This document shows positions 1-12,644 of a stretch of 64,000 nt of DNA, piece after piece. Made by a program: the position numbers and the translations under genes. Under the pieces are notes generated by a model. It saw nothing but the letters and a program-made list of their open reading frames with translations, made no database searches and was not told the DNA's origin. Source of the DNA: Octopus sinensis (lineage: Eukaryota); NCBI RefSeq assembly GCF_006345805.1, contig NC_043000.1:110174001-110238000 (forward strand). Direction: 5' to 3'. Position 1 is the first letter of the stretch, and each line of letters opens with the position of its first letter.

Positions 1-235
1 TTGATCCTTTATAGAATGTAACAACTGCGTGGAACTGAAAATGAGAAATCAAGAAGAGAGATTGGTTTGTGAGTTAATATTACTAAAGACATGGACACTC
101 AAAAATAAATGCCAATGGATACTGGACAGAAAACCAAGACTGATCTCCATTCCTTGTGAGCATGCCCTGCCACTTTCACCACCGTCTCTCTCCTGAACTC
201 CCCCTCTTTCCTTCTCTTGCTCTCTCCCTATTGCC

Positions 236-466
236 CTATTTTTGTACTACCCACAAGGGGCTAAACAGAGAGGACTAACAAGGACAGACAAAGGGATTAA
301 GTTGATTATATCGACCCCAGTGCGTAACTGGTGCTTATTTAATCGACCCCGAAAGGATGAAAGGCAAAGTCGACCTCAGCGGAATTTGATCTCAGAACGT
401 AACGGCAGACGAAATACGGCTACACATTTTGCCCAGCGTGCTAATGTTTCTGCCAGCTCTCCCTCT
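236..466 (-). mobile_element. tRNA-derived SINE, family A
   Basis: Reverse strand reads ..GCTGGCAGAAACATTAGCACGCTGGGC..GTTCTGAGATCAAATTCC..GTCGACTTTGCCTTTCATCCTTTCGGGGTCGAT..CCCCTTGTGGGTAGTA; Pol III A/B-box-like motifs; >15 related copies in window. Confidence 0.85.
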
Positions 467-695
467 TGCCCTATCCCTTGGACTGGTTAACCCCGTGCCT
501 CCTCTATAGCAATACACCCATTACTGGCCTCAAGCTTGATCACTCCTTCTCTCTCTCTTTCTCTGACTGGGTAACCATGTACCTCCTCCACAACAAGACA
601 CCTATTTCTGTCTCTCTGATACACGCTAACCTTTCATAATCTGACACAAGATCACCTCTAACCCTAACCACATCCTCTCTCAAAGATTCTTTGTC

Positions 696-992
696 TTGAA
701 AGTTACTTGGTAACCCTACCAGTGCTGGTGCTACATAAAAAGCATCCAGTCCACAATGTAAAGTGGTTGGCATTTAGAAGGTCATCCAACAGTAAAAAAA
801 AACATGCCAAAACTGGCCTCGTCTATGCCGGTGCCACATAAGAACCACTGAGTCCACTCTGCTGAGTGGTTGGTTTTAGGAAGGGCATCCAGTTGTAAAA
901 ATCCTGCCAAAACAGTCACAGAAGTCTGGTGCAGCTCCTGTCAAAATGTCCAGTCCATGCCAGCATGGAAGGCGGATGTCAAATGATGATGT
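696..992 (+). mobile_element. RTE LINE 3'-UTR fragments (two partial ends in tandem)
   Basis: GGTTTTAGGAAGGGCATCCAGTTGTAAAA..CCATGCCAGCATGGAA..GATGATG, the 3' end that follows the RTE ORF at 8.1k, 13.1k and 45.3k. Confidence 0.75.
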
Positions 993-1139
993 ATATTATA
1001 TGGTATTTGATATACCCGTATTTGTCAGTGTTGTTTAAATACTACTGGCCACCCTGGGTTGCTTCTCTTAGCTTGTATTTGTTTAAATTATGCAAAAACT
1101 GAACCCACGTCCTAAACATTCAACCTTTTTCATTTTCAG

Positions 1140-1302
1140 GCTAAACAACATGTAGCAATTGTAGTAGTAGTAGTACAACATGTAGCAGCAGTAGTAGTAG
1201 TAATAGTAGTAGTAGAAGATGCTGACAATGACAGTGCTGAAGACAACAGTGATGATTCCCAGCATCAACATAGATTTGGTCTGAGTACATGTTTGACCTG
1301 CT
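1140..1302 (+). other. possible exon (unassigned)
   Basis: ttttcattttcAG acceptor and T|GTAAGT donor; only one open frame (AKQHVAIVVVVVQHVAAVVVVIVVVEDADNDSAEDNSDDSQHQHRFGLSTCLTC), partly (GTA)n-derived; no recognisable homology. Confidence 0.2.
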
Positions 1303-2385
1303 GTAAGTTTATGTTTAATCACACACGCACAAAGGATCTTGACACAAATGACAAATGACAGATTCATAAACAAATCCCCAAATTTCTTCACCCCTCCCCC
1401 ACACTCACCCCTACTTTGGGCAAACACCACGTGTGTGTGTTGCAAGATGCTAAGTAAACAAACAATTTCTTTATTTCTTTAAATAAAGCAAAAGACAAGA
1501 GGAAGCCATTGAGAGACGTAACAACAATAAATGATGACTAATTAGAAAGTCGTATTAATGACCTAATTAGTGGTGGGGGTAGAAGCATCAACAAAAAGCC
1601 AGTGTTTAGGGTATGAAGTGGGTAGTGTAGAAAAAAATAGAGGTCTGCTGTCTTTGCTAAAAAGACAGACATTTTTTACTGAATCCCAAATGGAGGCTTT
1701 CAGATGTATGTTTTGATGTGTGATGGTGTCTGGAATTGAAACCTGGGTAGTAGTGAAGGTGAAAACACTTTAAATGAATGTAGGGGCCCAATTCTATGTA
1801 TGTTGTGGTTTGCTGTCCATAAATAAATACTACAGGACCCAGTGCTCTGATTTGTCCAGGGCCCTATAATGCAGTTGAGACAGACCTGTATGTAATGTAA
1901 ACAGCACTTGAAACACATTTAAGGGGGGAAAAGTGTGAATAAGACAGACAGATAATGCATGCAGCATGGAGTAAAAGCAGTGAGCTGGGGGTAGAAGTGA
2001 GGTTGGGGTAACCCTGTATGGTTTAGTAAATATTAATTACTTGTGAGGGACGTTTTGTTTTAAAGACATCCCTCACAATTAAGATGAATTTAATAGGAGA
2101 TATTTTGTGCTTGAATAATAAAATAAATATTAGACTACCGATGGTTATAGATAATGTTTGCTCCTTAAGTCTCTGAAAATGACCAAATAAGCAGCTTTAA
2201 TCTGTGGTTGTCCCTCAGGGGGAATAAAATCCAGTTATAGTGGGGACACAATAACAGAATCAGAACACGGGGAAACTTTTATATATGTCTGTATATATAT
2301 AGTTCAAGAGAAGGACAGTGCCCATGACCTTTGCAGATAAATCCTCTCAGGTAAATGATATTGAGACAACTAATGTTCATCAGCA

Positions 2386-2418
<33 letters not shown>

Positions 2419-3770
2419 GCAAACACCAGAGGTCCTCAGCCTTTGAGACTTTGTATCACACACTGGACATCATGTACAAAACTAGTGGCACACTTTACAT
2501 GGAAACATTGTTTTTAAAACAAAAAAAAAAACCTGTTTTAAGTTTAAAATATAATAAAAGTTATGGAAAAACTATTGCTTACCTTATTATTTATTGTGTA
2601 AAGCAAAATTATGAATTAAACATGTGTTTCAAGATACTCAACCATTATTAAGCATGAGTCTTCTGAGGTTTTAAATTATATTTTTAAAAAATGAGTCTTC
2701 TGAGGTTTTAAATTATATTTTAAAAAATCTATGGCACATCAAATGAGAACCACAGATATGTAGATTTTACATACAGCTATATATGTGTGTGTGTGTACAC
2801 AAAAATTTGAAGTAAAAGGTTTATGTCAACTTAAATGAGACCATGGGCTAAAAACACATGCACCCATGTTGCATGCCAACCTTGGTTCTGTTTGAAATTG
2901 GGAATAATAACTAAGATTGCTGACATTGCAAGAGAAGGTTCTAGACGTGTTTACCAAAAGAAAAGAAAAAAAAAAGAAAATCAGTTTTTGTTTAAAGAAG
3001 AGGAAAAAATTCCAAAATTTAAAACAACTGAAATGGATATGGAAAATTTTAAATGCTGAGTTTGATGACAGGAAATAAACAAGTATTGATTGCAAGGGAA
3101 TAAATATGGTTAGCAGGAATAATTGGAATTGCAGAATATTTTGTTTTTGTCATTTTAAAAAATAATTTCAATATTGTTTATTTCAATGTAATTTAGAAAT
3201 AAGACATAAAGAAATGTGTAAAGATGGTTTTAGAACAAGCAGCTCTTCAACTTGTAGGATAAGTTTGGTGAAACTAGAAATATTAAAACATTTTTAAATG
3301 GAAAATTCAAGAAATATCAGTGCAATAAAGTTAAACAGAAGGACATAAATAAAAATTGGGTTAATGAGAGAAAGCAGTGAGCGAGAGTTTATTTAGCTGG
3401 ACTTTTTAATGGGTTGAGAGTCCGAGAGAGAAATTAGTTTCATTTGAGGCTACACAATTATACAAAATAAATAACTTTATATAACTCTTATATAAATAAT
3501 CCACGGTTTACAGGAAAACCAAGAAATATCCATTATTTTTTTTCTCTTAAAAGAAGAAAAACTAAAACAATTTATTTGAACTTCTAAAGTAAGAAAAATT
3601 TAGCGATGGAGATGTTTTTTTTTCTTAGGGGGAGGGGGGTGTTTGTTTTCTTCTTTCCATCTCTATTAAAATAACATACCTCGAAGAAAACTCATCCTCG
3701 TAATAAGAGAATTTAATTGTGTGACATTAAGGGTGGCAGCTAGGAGCCAAATTTATACTTTATACTCTAC

Positions 3771-3817
3771 CTGGTAGTTAAAACTGGAGGGACAGTTTTA
3801 GCTTGAACTTCCGACAT
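3771..3817 (-). CDS. candidate first coding exon MSEVQAKTVPPVLTT(R/S), product unknown
   Basis: ATG at 3817, open to an AG|GTAGAG donor at 3771/3770; about 200 bp downstream of a promoter-motif cluster. Confidence 0.3.
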
Positions 3818-4004
3818 GGAGTCTGTAAAGCAGCTCTAGCACTAATTGTGAATGTCAGGCAGAGCAGAGAGAGAGAGATATAGAGACTGTGGTGCGAGAA
3901 GAAATGAGTTCTCTCTTTTTTCCTCCATTCACATGGTTTTTAAAGCCAAGGCTAGTATCAGGCAGACACACAGCAAAACTATTACTCACACACAACAGTA
4001 GTAG

Positions 4005-4080
4005 TGGGTGGGCGGAGCTTCACTGCTGACCTGTCAATCAGTACTGCAAGTTGCTATGGCAGTTGGTTGGCCATTGGCTG
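4005..4080 (-). promoter_or_regulatory. candidate promoter: GC box, RFX X-box-like motif, CCAAT box
   Basis: GGGCGGAGC 4010-4018, GTTGCTATGGCAGT 4050-4063, ATTGG 4073-4077, clustered in non-repetitive DNA. Confidence 0.35.
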
Positions 4081-4292
4081 AGATGACATATCTCATAGTA
4101 ATGGGAGTGGAAGTAGGAGGGGGGTAGGGAGCTTTATAAACGTGAATTCATCAGAAGAGATAGAAAGATAGAAGGGGGGGGGTGGAGAACAGAAAAGAAA
4201 AGATAAAATTGTGAATGGGAGTGAAGTGGGGTTTTATATATTATTTTTAAGTGTGTGTGTGTATATATATATATAAATATATATATATATGT

Positions 4293-4340
<48 letters not shown>

Positions 4341-4775
4341 CTATATATAAATACACATGTGTAGACAAAATAACAGTTTTAACATGTAAATTATATTGCA
4401 TAAGGTTATATAGACAGAAAGATAACAACCAAAATATGCCAGTCCTACCAATAAACATAACAATATGCATTTTTCTGTAATATTAGTCAATAACAGAAGT
4501 AGATTGTAATGGGATGAAAGAGCTGGTATCATCTATACAAAGAAACAAATACCCAAGCAGACATACACACACAGAGGAACAGACACAGACATATATTCAT
4601 ACATGAACAGATACAAACACACATTCACACACACAAACACATGAATAGTTTAGAGATACCCACATGTGCACACTCACAAAACAACAGTATTTGTTATCCA
4701 CCAGAGAGCCATCCCTGTTCACTTATAGACACTGGGCTGTTTACTATGAAAGATTGGTTAAGAGGTGGGTTAGAG

Positions 4776-4939
4776 TCAGACAGAGAATTCTTCTGGAAAG
4801 ATCAAATCAAATGTAGAAGAGGACGATGGAGTGAAAGGGTTGAATGTGTAGAGTTTAGGATCCTCGAAGACCATAATGTTCTGATCAATGGTTTGGTCTC
4901 TTGGTGTGTGTGTGTGTAATGTTTTTCTCTCAGAACCTT
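4776..4939 (-). CDS. candidate terminal coding exon (E)GSERKT..VFEDPKLYTFNPFTPSSSSTFDLIFPEEFSV*
   Basis: Pyrimidine tract with CTGAC branch-like motif and TAG acceptor at 4941-4940; open phase-1 frame to TGA; no recognisable homology. Confidence 0.25.
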
Positions 4940-5074
4940 CTAGAAGGTTGAGGTCAGTGCAGAGAAGAGGAGAGCTGGACAAGAAGTTTCACAGGCAATA
5001 TTTCTACCATTTAATAATTTGTATTATTTGACTAAATCAGAGCAGATAGAACAAAAAATGAAAGGTTCAGTGAC

Positions 5075-5077
<3 letters not shown>

Positions 5078-5157
<80 letters not shown>
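5078..5157. repeat. (TG)n microsatellite
   Basis: About 40 uninterrupted TG units. Confidence 0.95.
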
Positions 5158-5158
<1 letters not shown>

Positions 5159-5388
5159 TATAAAAATGATAATAGTAGAACAATGCTTTTAGAGGTCAGT
5201 CAAAATATTATAGACTAAATTAGAGATAGAATTGAGTACAGAAATGGATTTTAACATCTCTATTATGCAATTAAATTAGGGTGGGCAGTTGGTACCAAGC
5301 TAAATAAATATCTTAGTGATGCGGGACTAAATCAGAGAGGATTGATAGAGTACAGTGATGGATTTTACAGCTATAATACATACATACA

Positions 5389-5420
<32 letters not shown>

Positions 5421-5451
5421 CATACACACACAGACACACACACACACACAT

Positions 5452-5860
5452 GAGTGGCTGTGTGGTAAGTAGCTTGTTTACCAACCACATGGTTCCGGGT
5501 TCAGTCCCACTGCGTGGCACCTTGGGCAAGTGTCTTCTACTATAGCCTTGGGCTGACCAAAGCCTTGTGAGTGGATTTGGTAGATGGAAACTGAAAGAAG
5601 CCTGTCGTATATATGTATATATATATATGTATATGTGTGTGTGCATCTATGTTTGTGTTTGTCCCCCTAGCATTGCTTGACAACCGATGCTGGTGTGTTT
5701 ATGTCTCTGTCACTTAGCGGTTCGGCAAAAGAGACCAAAGAATAAGTACTGGGCTTACAAAGAATAAGTCCCGGGGTCGAGTTGCTCGATTAAAGGCGGT
5801 GCTCCAGCATGGCTGCAGTCAAATGACTGAAACAAGTAAAAGAATAAAAGAGTAAGAGTA
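5452..5860 (+). mobile_element. tRNA-derived SINE, family B (internal TA/TG microsatellite, AAAGAGT-type tail)
   Basis: GAGTGGCTGTGTGGTAAGTAGCTTG..GGTTCAGTCCCACTGCGTGGCACCTTGGGCAAGTGTCTTC..GAAACAAGTAAAAGA; about 20 copies in window. Confidence 0.9.
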
Positions 5861-5871
5861 TATATATATGC

Positions 5872-6256
5872 AGGCGTGGCTGTGTGGTAAGTAGCTTGCT
5901 TACCAATTACATGGTTCCGGGTTCAGTCCCACTGCGTGGCATCTTGGGCAAATGTCTTCTACTATAGCCTCAGGCCGATCAAAGCCTTGTGAGTGGATTT
6001 GGTAGATGGAAACTGAAAGAAGCCTGTCGTATATATGTATGTATATAAGTGTGTGTATGTGTGTGTGTTTGTCTACCCCAACATCACTTGACAACCGATG
6101 CTGGTGTGTTTACGTACCCATAAGTTAGCGGTTCGGCAAAGAGACCGATAGAATAAGTACTAGGCTTACAAAGAATAAGTCCTGGGGTTGATTTACCTGA
6201 CTAAAGGCGATGCTCCAGCATGGCCACAGTCAAATGACTGAAACAAGTAAAAGAAT
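5872..6256 (+). mobile_element. SINE family B, tandem with previous copy
   Basis: Full head-body-tail, colinear with 5452-5860. Confidence 0.9.
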
Positions 6257-6429
6257 ACACACATACACACATGCAGATAGAACAAGTAGATGTAGATATT
6301 TATATATTTTATATATTTATATATGATGATGATGAGGTAGTAATGCATCTCCTCTAATAACAAGACACCTGTGTCTGTTCCTTTATCATACTTTAACTCC
6401 TCATTACCTGGCAATACAACTTATCCCCG

Positions 6430-6670
6430 ACTCAAATGCGGGGTCTTGTCTTATGACTTACTTGGTGATCTTGCTGGTGCCAGATAAAAACTACCAAATG
6501 CACTCTGAGAAGTGGTTGGCATCAGAAAAGGCAGCCTACTGTGAAAACCATGCCAAAGTAGACATTGAAGCCTGGCACACTGGCTTTGGTACACTGGCTT
6601 CTACCAAAACCATCCAACCTGTGCTGGCATGGAAAACAGACGTTAATGGTGATGATAATGATGATGATTT
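6430..6670 (+). mobile_element. degenerate RTE-type 3' end
   Basis: GTGGTTGGCATCAGAAAAGGCAGCC..CATCCAACCTGTGCTGGCATGGAAAACAGACGTTAATGGTGATGAT. Confidence 0.6.
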
Positions 6671-7559
6671 CACAACTAAATTAAGGCATCAGATGGGCAG
6701 CAATCTAAAAAAAAATGTATTACAATATTAATTAGAGAACTGGTAATAAAAGTACAATGGTATTGAACTAAATTAAAGAGGACATTGATAGAGTACGGTG
6801 ACAGATTGAATGTCTGTATGACTGGAGACTAAATTAGAAAGGTGGGTTATCAAGAAACATTATGGCCCCGAACTAAATAAAGGCCTTGGAGGATAAATTA
6901 GAGAAAATATAACAGCGATGTTTTAGAGGTCATTCTCATCATCATCATCATCATCATCAGCTAACGGCCACTTCTTGCAATCTTCTTAATTACATGGCCA
7001 TGCTTATGCCTTTCGGTTTTCCACTCTCTCAGCTGCCACAATAGAAAAATAAGTACCATATTCCTCGTTTGTATAGTGAACAATAATCACCTTTATTACA
7101 CAGGTGATGGGATTGGGTTTTTCTTTTTCCTTTAGCCAGGATAAAAGGGATTGTCCATGACCTCCCTCAGGGCCCCCAATACTGGTGGTAAGGAAATGAA
7201 GAAAGGTCCTCACATCAAATACCTGGTCTGAAAGCTTGCAACAAAGTGGAATCTGATGAAGAAACCCAAGGTACTAGGTGGTGAAGATTTGCTGGGATTA
7301 TGTTAATCACCAAATCAGGTCTTGGCAGGATTTGAACTCAGAACACAAAGAGCAGTAGAGGAAATGCCACAAAAGCATGCAGTCTGTTGTTCTAATAGTT
7401 CTACCAGTCCAGCACTTTGGTTTGATCCTTCTTTTCATTGACCTCAAAAGAATAAAAAGAAAAGCTGATTACTGTAGGATTTGAACTCAGGGTACAGAAC
7501 ACTCAAACAAATTCCACGAAGGGCTATATTCAATGCTCTAACAACTCTACCAATACATC

Positions 7560-8170
7560 AACATCATCATCATCATCACCATCATCCTCATCATCATCAT
7601 TTAACCTCTGTCTTTCATACTAGCATGGGTTGGATAGTTTGACAGGAGTTGTCCAGGTAGGAAGCCAGTCAGGTGGCACTGGCAACAACCACACTCGAAT
7701 GAGGCTTTTTATGTGCCACTGGTATGGGACCAGTCAGGCAGCATCGGCAACAACCACATTTGAATGGTGCTTTTTACATTCCACCAACATGGGAGCCAGT
7801 CAGGTGGCACTGGCAACAACCACACACAAATGGTGCTTTTTATGTGCCACCCGCATGGTTGCCAATCAGGTTGTACTGTCATCAGCCAAAACAACAACTT
7901 CACTTGTCTCAACAGGTCTTTGCAAGCGCAGTTTATTGTCCAATGATTGAAGGGTACTCTTAAATGGGCCAGTTATGCTGCACTGGCATAGACCATAGTT
8001 ACAGTTTCACTTGGCTTGCTGGGTCTTTTCAAGCACAGCATATCTCCAAAGGTCCTGGTCACTTGTCATCACCTTGGTAAGCCCAATGTTCGAAGGTCGT
8101 GCTTCACCACCTCATCCCAGGTCTTCTTGAGTCTACCTCTTTCACAGGTTCCCTCTACTGCTACTTTGTG
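7560..8170 (-). mobile_element. RTE LINE 3' end (ORF C-terminus plus repeat-bearing 3' UTR)
   Basis: Minus strand encodes VAVEGTCERGRLKKTWDEVVKHDLRTLGLT..DLWRYAVLEKTQQAK*, then about 65-bp UTR repeats and an (ATG)n tail. Confidence 0.85.
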
Positions 8171-8201
8171 TTTTCCTGTTTGGATTAACTATATATATAT
8201 A

Positions 8202-8243
<42 letters not shown>

Positions 8244-8404
8244 ATGTATATGTATATATATATTTACTAGTTTCTGCTTGAGAGTTGCGGTCATGCTGGG
8301 GCAAATGTATATGTATATTTACATATGTGTGCGCATGCAAGTGAGTGTACGTGTGTGTTGTGTGATTGAGTTCATATTTCTCCTCATCTTCATGTGTGTT
8401 TGCT

Positions 8405-9191
8405 GACTGTAAACAAAAGCTTCACTGCTCATACACGTGGTGTTGTTTGCTTCATTCCACTGAAAGCAAAAGCTTGTCCATTCTTCTTGACATATCAGTC
8501 AATCTCTGCAAAACAAATGGCACATTCAAATGGTGTTGCTTCTATCCATTTTTCTGTGCAACTATGACACAATGGGTGATGTGTTGAAAATCACAGAAGT
8601 GACATCAGGTAGTCAGAAGGGGCAAGGTCAGGAGAATATGGTGGGTGTACCATAATCTCCCAGCCTGCCTCCTTCAGTTTCTCAGGCGTCTTCTTTGCAC
8701 AATGTGCTGGCGCGTTGTCTTGGTGGTAAATTATTTTCTTCAAATTTGGGCATTTTTTGGCCAGCACGATATTTAGATGGTCGATTTGTTTGCGGTAGAC
8801 ATCCTTGTCAACAGTGATTTTGTGTGGGAGAAGATTCAACATGATCACACTATGGCAATCCAACCAAACTGAGATCATAACCTTCTTTTGCATAAGCGGT
8901 CCTTTTGGCGAAGGTTTTGGCTGTTGACCTTTGCTACACCAGGATCGTCTGCACCTCACATTGAAGTACAGAACCTACTTTTCATCCATAGTGATTACTG
9001 ACTCCAACCAATCGAATCTTCAGCTTTGCCAGAGCAGACAATGACACGTGCTTGTTTGTTCACATCAGTCAATTCATTGATGATTGTGACATGGGAGGCA
9101 TCAAACTGTGCCACAAGTTGATGTACAGTTTGCATTGGATCGGCTTCAATGTCTTGCAACAATGACTTGTTCAAGAACTTTCTTACCAATG
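8405..9191 (-). pseudogene. mariner transposase fragment (copy 1)
   Basis: HQDNAPAH and HPPYSPDLAPSDY motifs, KKVMISVW; 5'-truncated and frameshifted. Confidence 0.9.
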
Positions 9192-9231
<40 letters not shown>

Positions 9232-9393
9232 ATGTATATGTATATATATATTTACTAGTTTCTGCTTGAGAGTTGCGGTCATGCTGGGGCAAATGTATAT
9301 GTATATTTACATATGTGTGCGCATGCAAGTGAGTGTACGTGTGTGTTGTGTGATTGAGTTCATATTTCTCCTCATCTTCATGTGTGTTTGCTG

Positions 9394-10180
9394 ACTGTAA
9401 ACAAAAGCTTCACTGCTCATACACGTGGTGTTGTTTGCTTTCATTCCACTGAAAGCAAAAGCTTGTCCATTCTTCTTGACATATCAGTCAATCTCTGCAA
9501 AACAAATGGCACATTCAAATGGTGTTGCTTCTATCCATTTTTCTGTGCAACTATGACACAATGGGTGATGTGTTGAAAATCACAGAAGTGACATCAGGTA
9601 GTCAGAAGGGGCAAGGTCAGGAGAATATGGTGGGTGTACCATAATCTCCCAGCCTGCCTCCTTCAGTTTCTCAGGCGTCTTCTTTGCACAATGTGCTGGC
9701 GCGTTGTCTTGGTGGTAAATTATTTTCTTCAAATTTGGGCATTTTTTGGCCAGCACGATATTTAGATGGTCGATTTGTTTGCGGTAGACATCCTTGTCAA
9801 CAGTGATTTTGTGTGGGAGAAGATTCAACATGATCACACTATGGCAATCCAACCAAACTGAGATCATAACCTTCTTTTGCATAAGCGGTCCTTTTGGCGA
9901 AGGTTTTGGCTGTTGACCTTTGCTACACCAGGATCGTCTGCACCTCACATTGAAGTACAGAACCTACTTTTCATCCATAGTGATTACTGACTCCAACCAA
10001 TCGAATCTTCAGCTTTGCCAGAGCAGACAATGACACGTGCTTGTTTGTTCACATCAGTCAATTCATTGATGATTGTGACATGGGAGGCATCAAACTGTGC
10101 CACAAGTTGATGTACAGTTTGCATTGGATCGGCTTCAATGTCTTGCAACAATGACTTGTTCAAGAACTTTCTTACCAATG
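9394..10180 (-). pseudogene. mariner transposase fragment (copy 2)
   Basis: Same motifs, duplicate of copy 1. Confidence 0.9.
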
Positions 10181-10216
<36 letters not shown>

Positions 10217-10614
10217 CACACACACACATTAAGAAACAAGTTAAAAATAAAGGCCATTACATATTATTCCTTTATTTGAGCAAATTTGGCTTACAGCTGT
10301 TTCCAGTATTCATTATAGGTACATTATTGATAAGTTTCCTCAATTGATCTATTCATCAATTGAGGCAAATTGAACACACTCAGTAAATTAATGCTACTTT
10401 GGTTAAGCAGTGTTTAGGCATACGCAAAGTTTAGGTTAATTAAAATACATTTGTGAGATATTTCGACTGCTAAAAGTCAAATTCATTGCAGTTACAGTGG
10501 AGAAACATTCTCTCTTATGAGAAACATTCTCTCTTAGGGCTGCCATCTATTGGATTTCCAGAGGTTTTTCTAGATCTTTAACTGTTATTTCTCATTGATA
10601 TTGGCTAAAGAGCT

Positions 10615-11175
<561 letters not shown>

Positions 11176-11191
11176 AAATGTGTGTGTGTAT

Positions 11192-11385
11192 ATAGTGAGA
11201 ATTTACAAAAAAAAACAAAAAACAGACAAAGACGAATGTGTAAACAACAAACAGATGTATTAGTTTAATGCTCAGGAAGTGAGAAAGTCTTTTATGTTTC
11301 AAGCCTACACTCTTCAACAGAAAGGAATGCAGAAATAAACAGGGAGAGAAAATAGAAAAAGGTTTAGTGGCTAGCGATCTATCAT
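11192..11385 (-). mobile_element. short hammerhead-like element, family 3 (decayed copy)
   Basis: Reverse complement colinear with 60575-60745; contains CTTT-CTGTTGA-A-GAGT(GTAG)GCTT-GAAAC-ATA-AAAG at 11289-11324. Confidence 0.7.
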
Positions 11386-11396
11386 GGTGATATATA

Positions 11397-12564
11397 TATA
11401 AGAAAAACAGGAGTTGAAAATGCACTGAGAATAGTTAAAATATTTTTTATTTATATATTTAAAGCTTTAACCAATTTCACAGTTTACGCTGATTTTCAAA
11501 AAGTTCAAATAGAAAGACGTGGCTTATGTTGCAGCTGTCTTGCTTCTGACTGGTGTTCAAAGCTTGCATCAACTTTACTGAAGACACAACATACAAATTC
11601 AAATCAGGACAGATTTTTACCATAAAAAATCACTTTACAAGTTCTTCAAGGAATTTAATATATGTTATCAGATGTCAAGGATGTAATGAAAATTACATAG
11701 GTCAAACAAAGCTTACTCTAAGAGACAGACTGACCATTCACCAACAACAAATACGAGACCCCTCTACTAGACAGATTCCACTGACTGGACACATAGACAT
11801 GTGCAAAAAATAAGTCTCCCAAATTCAAGGTCTTCCCACTCTACCTATGTTCAGCGAATACCACAGATGAAGCATGGATAAACAAAGGAAATACTTTCAT
11901 ACAAAAGTACAAACCAAGACATACCAAACTTTAACAGATGACTATTCACACACAAAACTCATGCTAGCATTTATCATGAGGAACCTACACAGCTAACAAC
12001 CTAGACTTTAGCCACTGGACCACATACAAACGACTCCAGATTAAATTTGGAGTGCCTTGATTATAACTAAACATGTTAACTCAATTGTGCCGGCCTTCTT
12101 TTTAGGTGCAAAATATATAGTCATGTGACACTGGTGGACAGACGTAGTGGGAAACGTACAAAAGGTTATAAACTTAATCGCATATTTGTTCTCTAGAAAC
12201 ACTTGACAGAAAACATTCAAAGTGATGACTGTTTGAAGTTGTTCAGTCAACCGTGTCAGCCATAACTTGCAACACCAAACATTGTCACTTGATACAAAAA
12301 TTTCTAAGACCAGTCATGTGACTATCCTCTACCAATCAAACGCTATCCAAAACATATACTAATTTGAGCCATGAACTTCCTCTAAAAACAGGGTAAACTT
12401 CAAACACAAGTCAGAAGCAAAATAACTCCAACATAAGCAATGTCTTTCTCTTTGAACTTTTTGGAAATCAGCGTAAACTGTGAAACTGGTTAAAGCTTCA
12501 AATATATTCATAGAAAATATTTTAACTCTTCTCAGTGCATTTTCAGCTTCTATTTTTCCTATAT
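11397..12564 (+). mobile_element. Penelope-like retroelement 3' fragment with inverted terminal arms
   Basis: GIY-YIG ORF inside; 11397-11531 is an inverted copy of 12429-12564. Confidence 0.8.
11553..11813 (+). pseudogene. Penelope GIY-YIG endonuclease fragment
   Basis: FTSSSRNLIYVIRCQGCNENYIGQTKLTLRDRLTIHQQQI..HIDMC: IY..YIG motif with conserved R and H, typical of PLE endonucleases; premature stop. Confidence 0.85.
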
Positions 12565-12596
12565 TTCTACTCGTGTAGAATAAAATAATTTTGATT

Positions 12597-12637
<41 letters not shown>

Positions 12638-12644
12638 GTGTATA

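Larger units (their letters stand above)
8189..10214. repeat. 989-bp near-identical tandem duplication bounded by (TA)n
   Basis: Identical mariner ORFs at 8591-8959 and 9580-9948; (TA)n at all three junctions; one 1-bp indel seen. Confidence 0.95.

Noticed and set aside
1560-1930. Possible ancient Penelope relic on minus strand
   Set aside because: No convincing RT or GIY-YIG motif in any frame
2654-2730. Short tandem duplications (about 37 bp here, 19 bp at about 10500)
   Set aside because: Ordinary slippage duplications with no further structure
7137-7188. Small exon-like segments here, at 21983-22056 (-) and from about 36092 (+)
   Set aside because: Phase-compatible joins exist, but there is no homology and chance splice motifs are frequent
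7253-7259. CTGATGA hits here and at 46201 and 48950
   Set aside because: No stem II followed by GAAA and no stem I
12222-12265. Possible degenerate hammerhead in the Penelope 3' region (GTGATGACTG..CAGTCAACCGTGTC)
   Set aside because: C3 and GAAA are missing; too degraded to call without a family consensus
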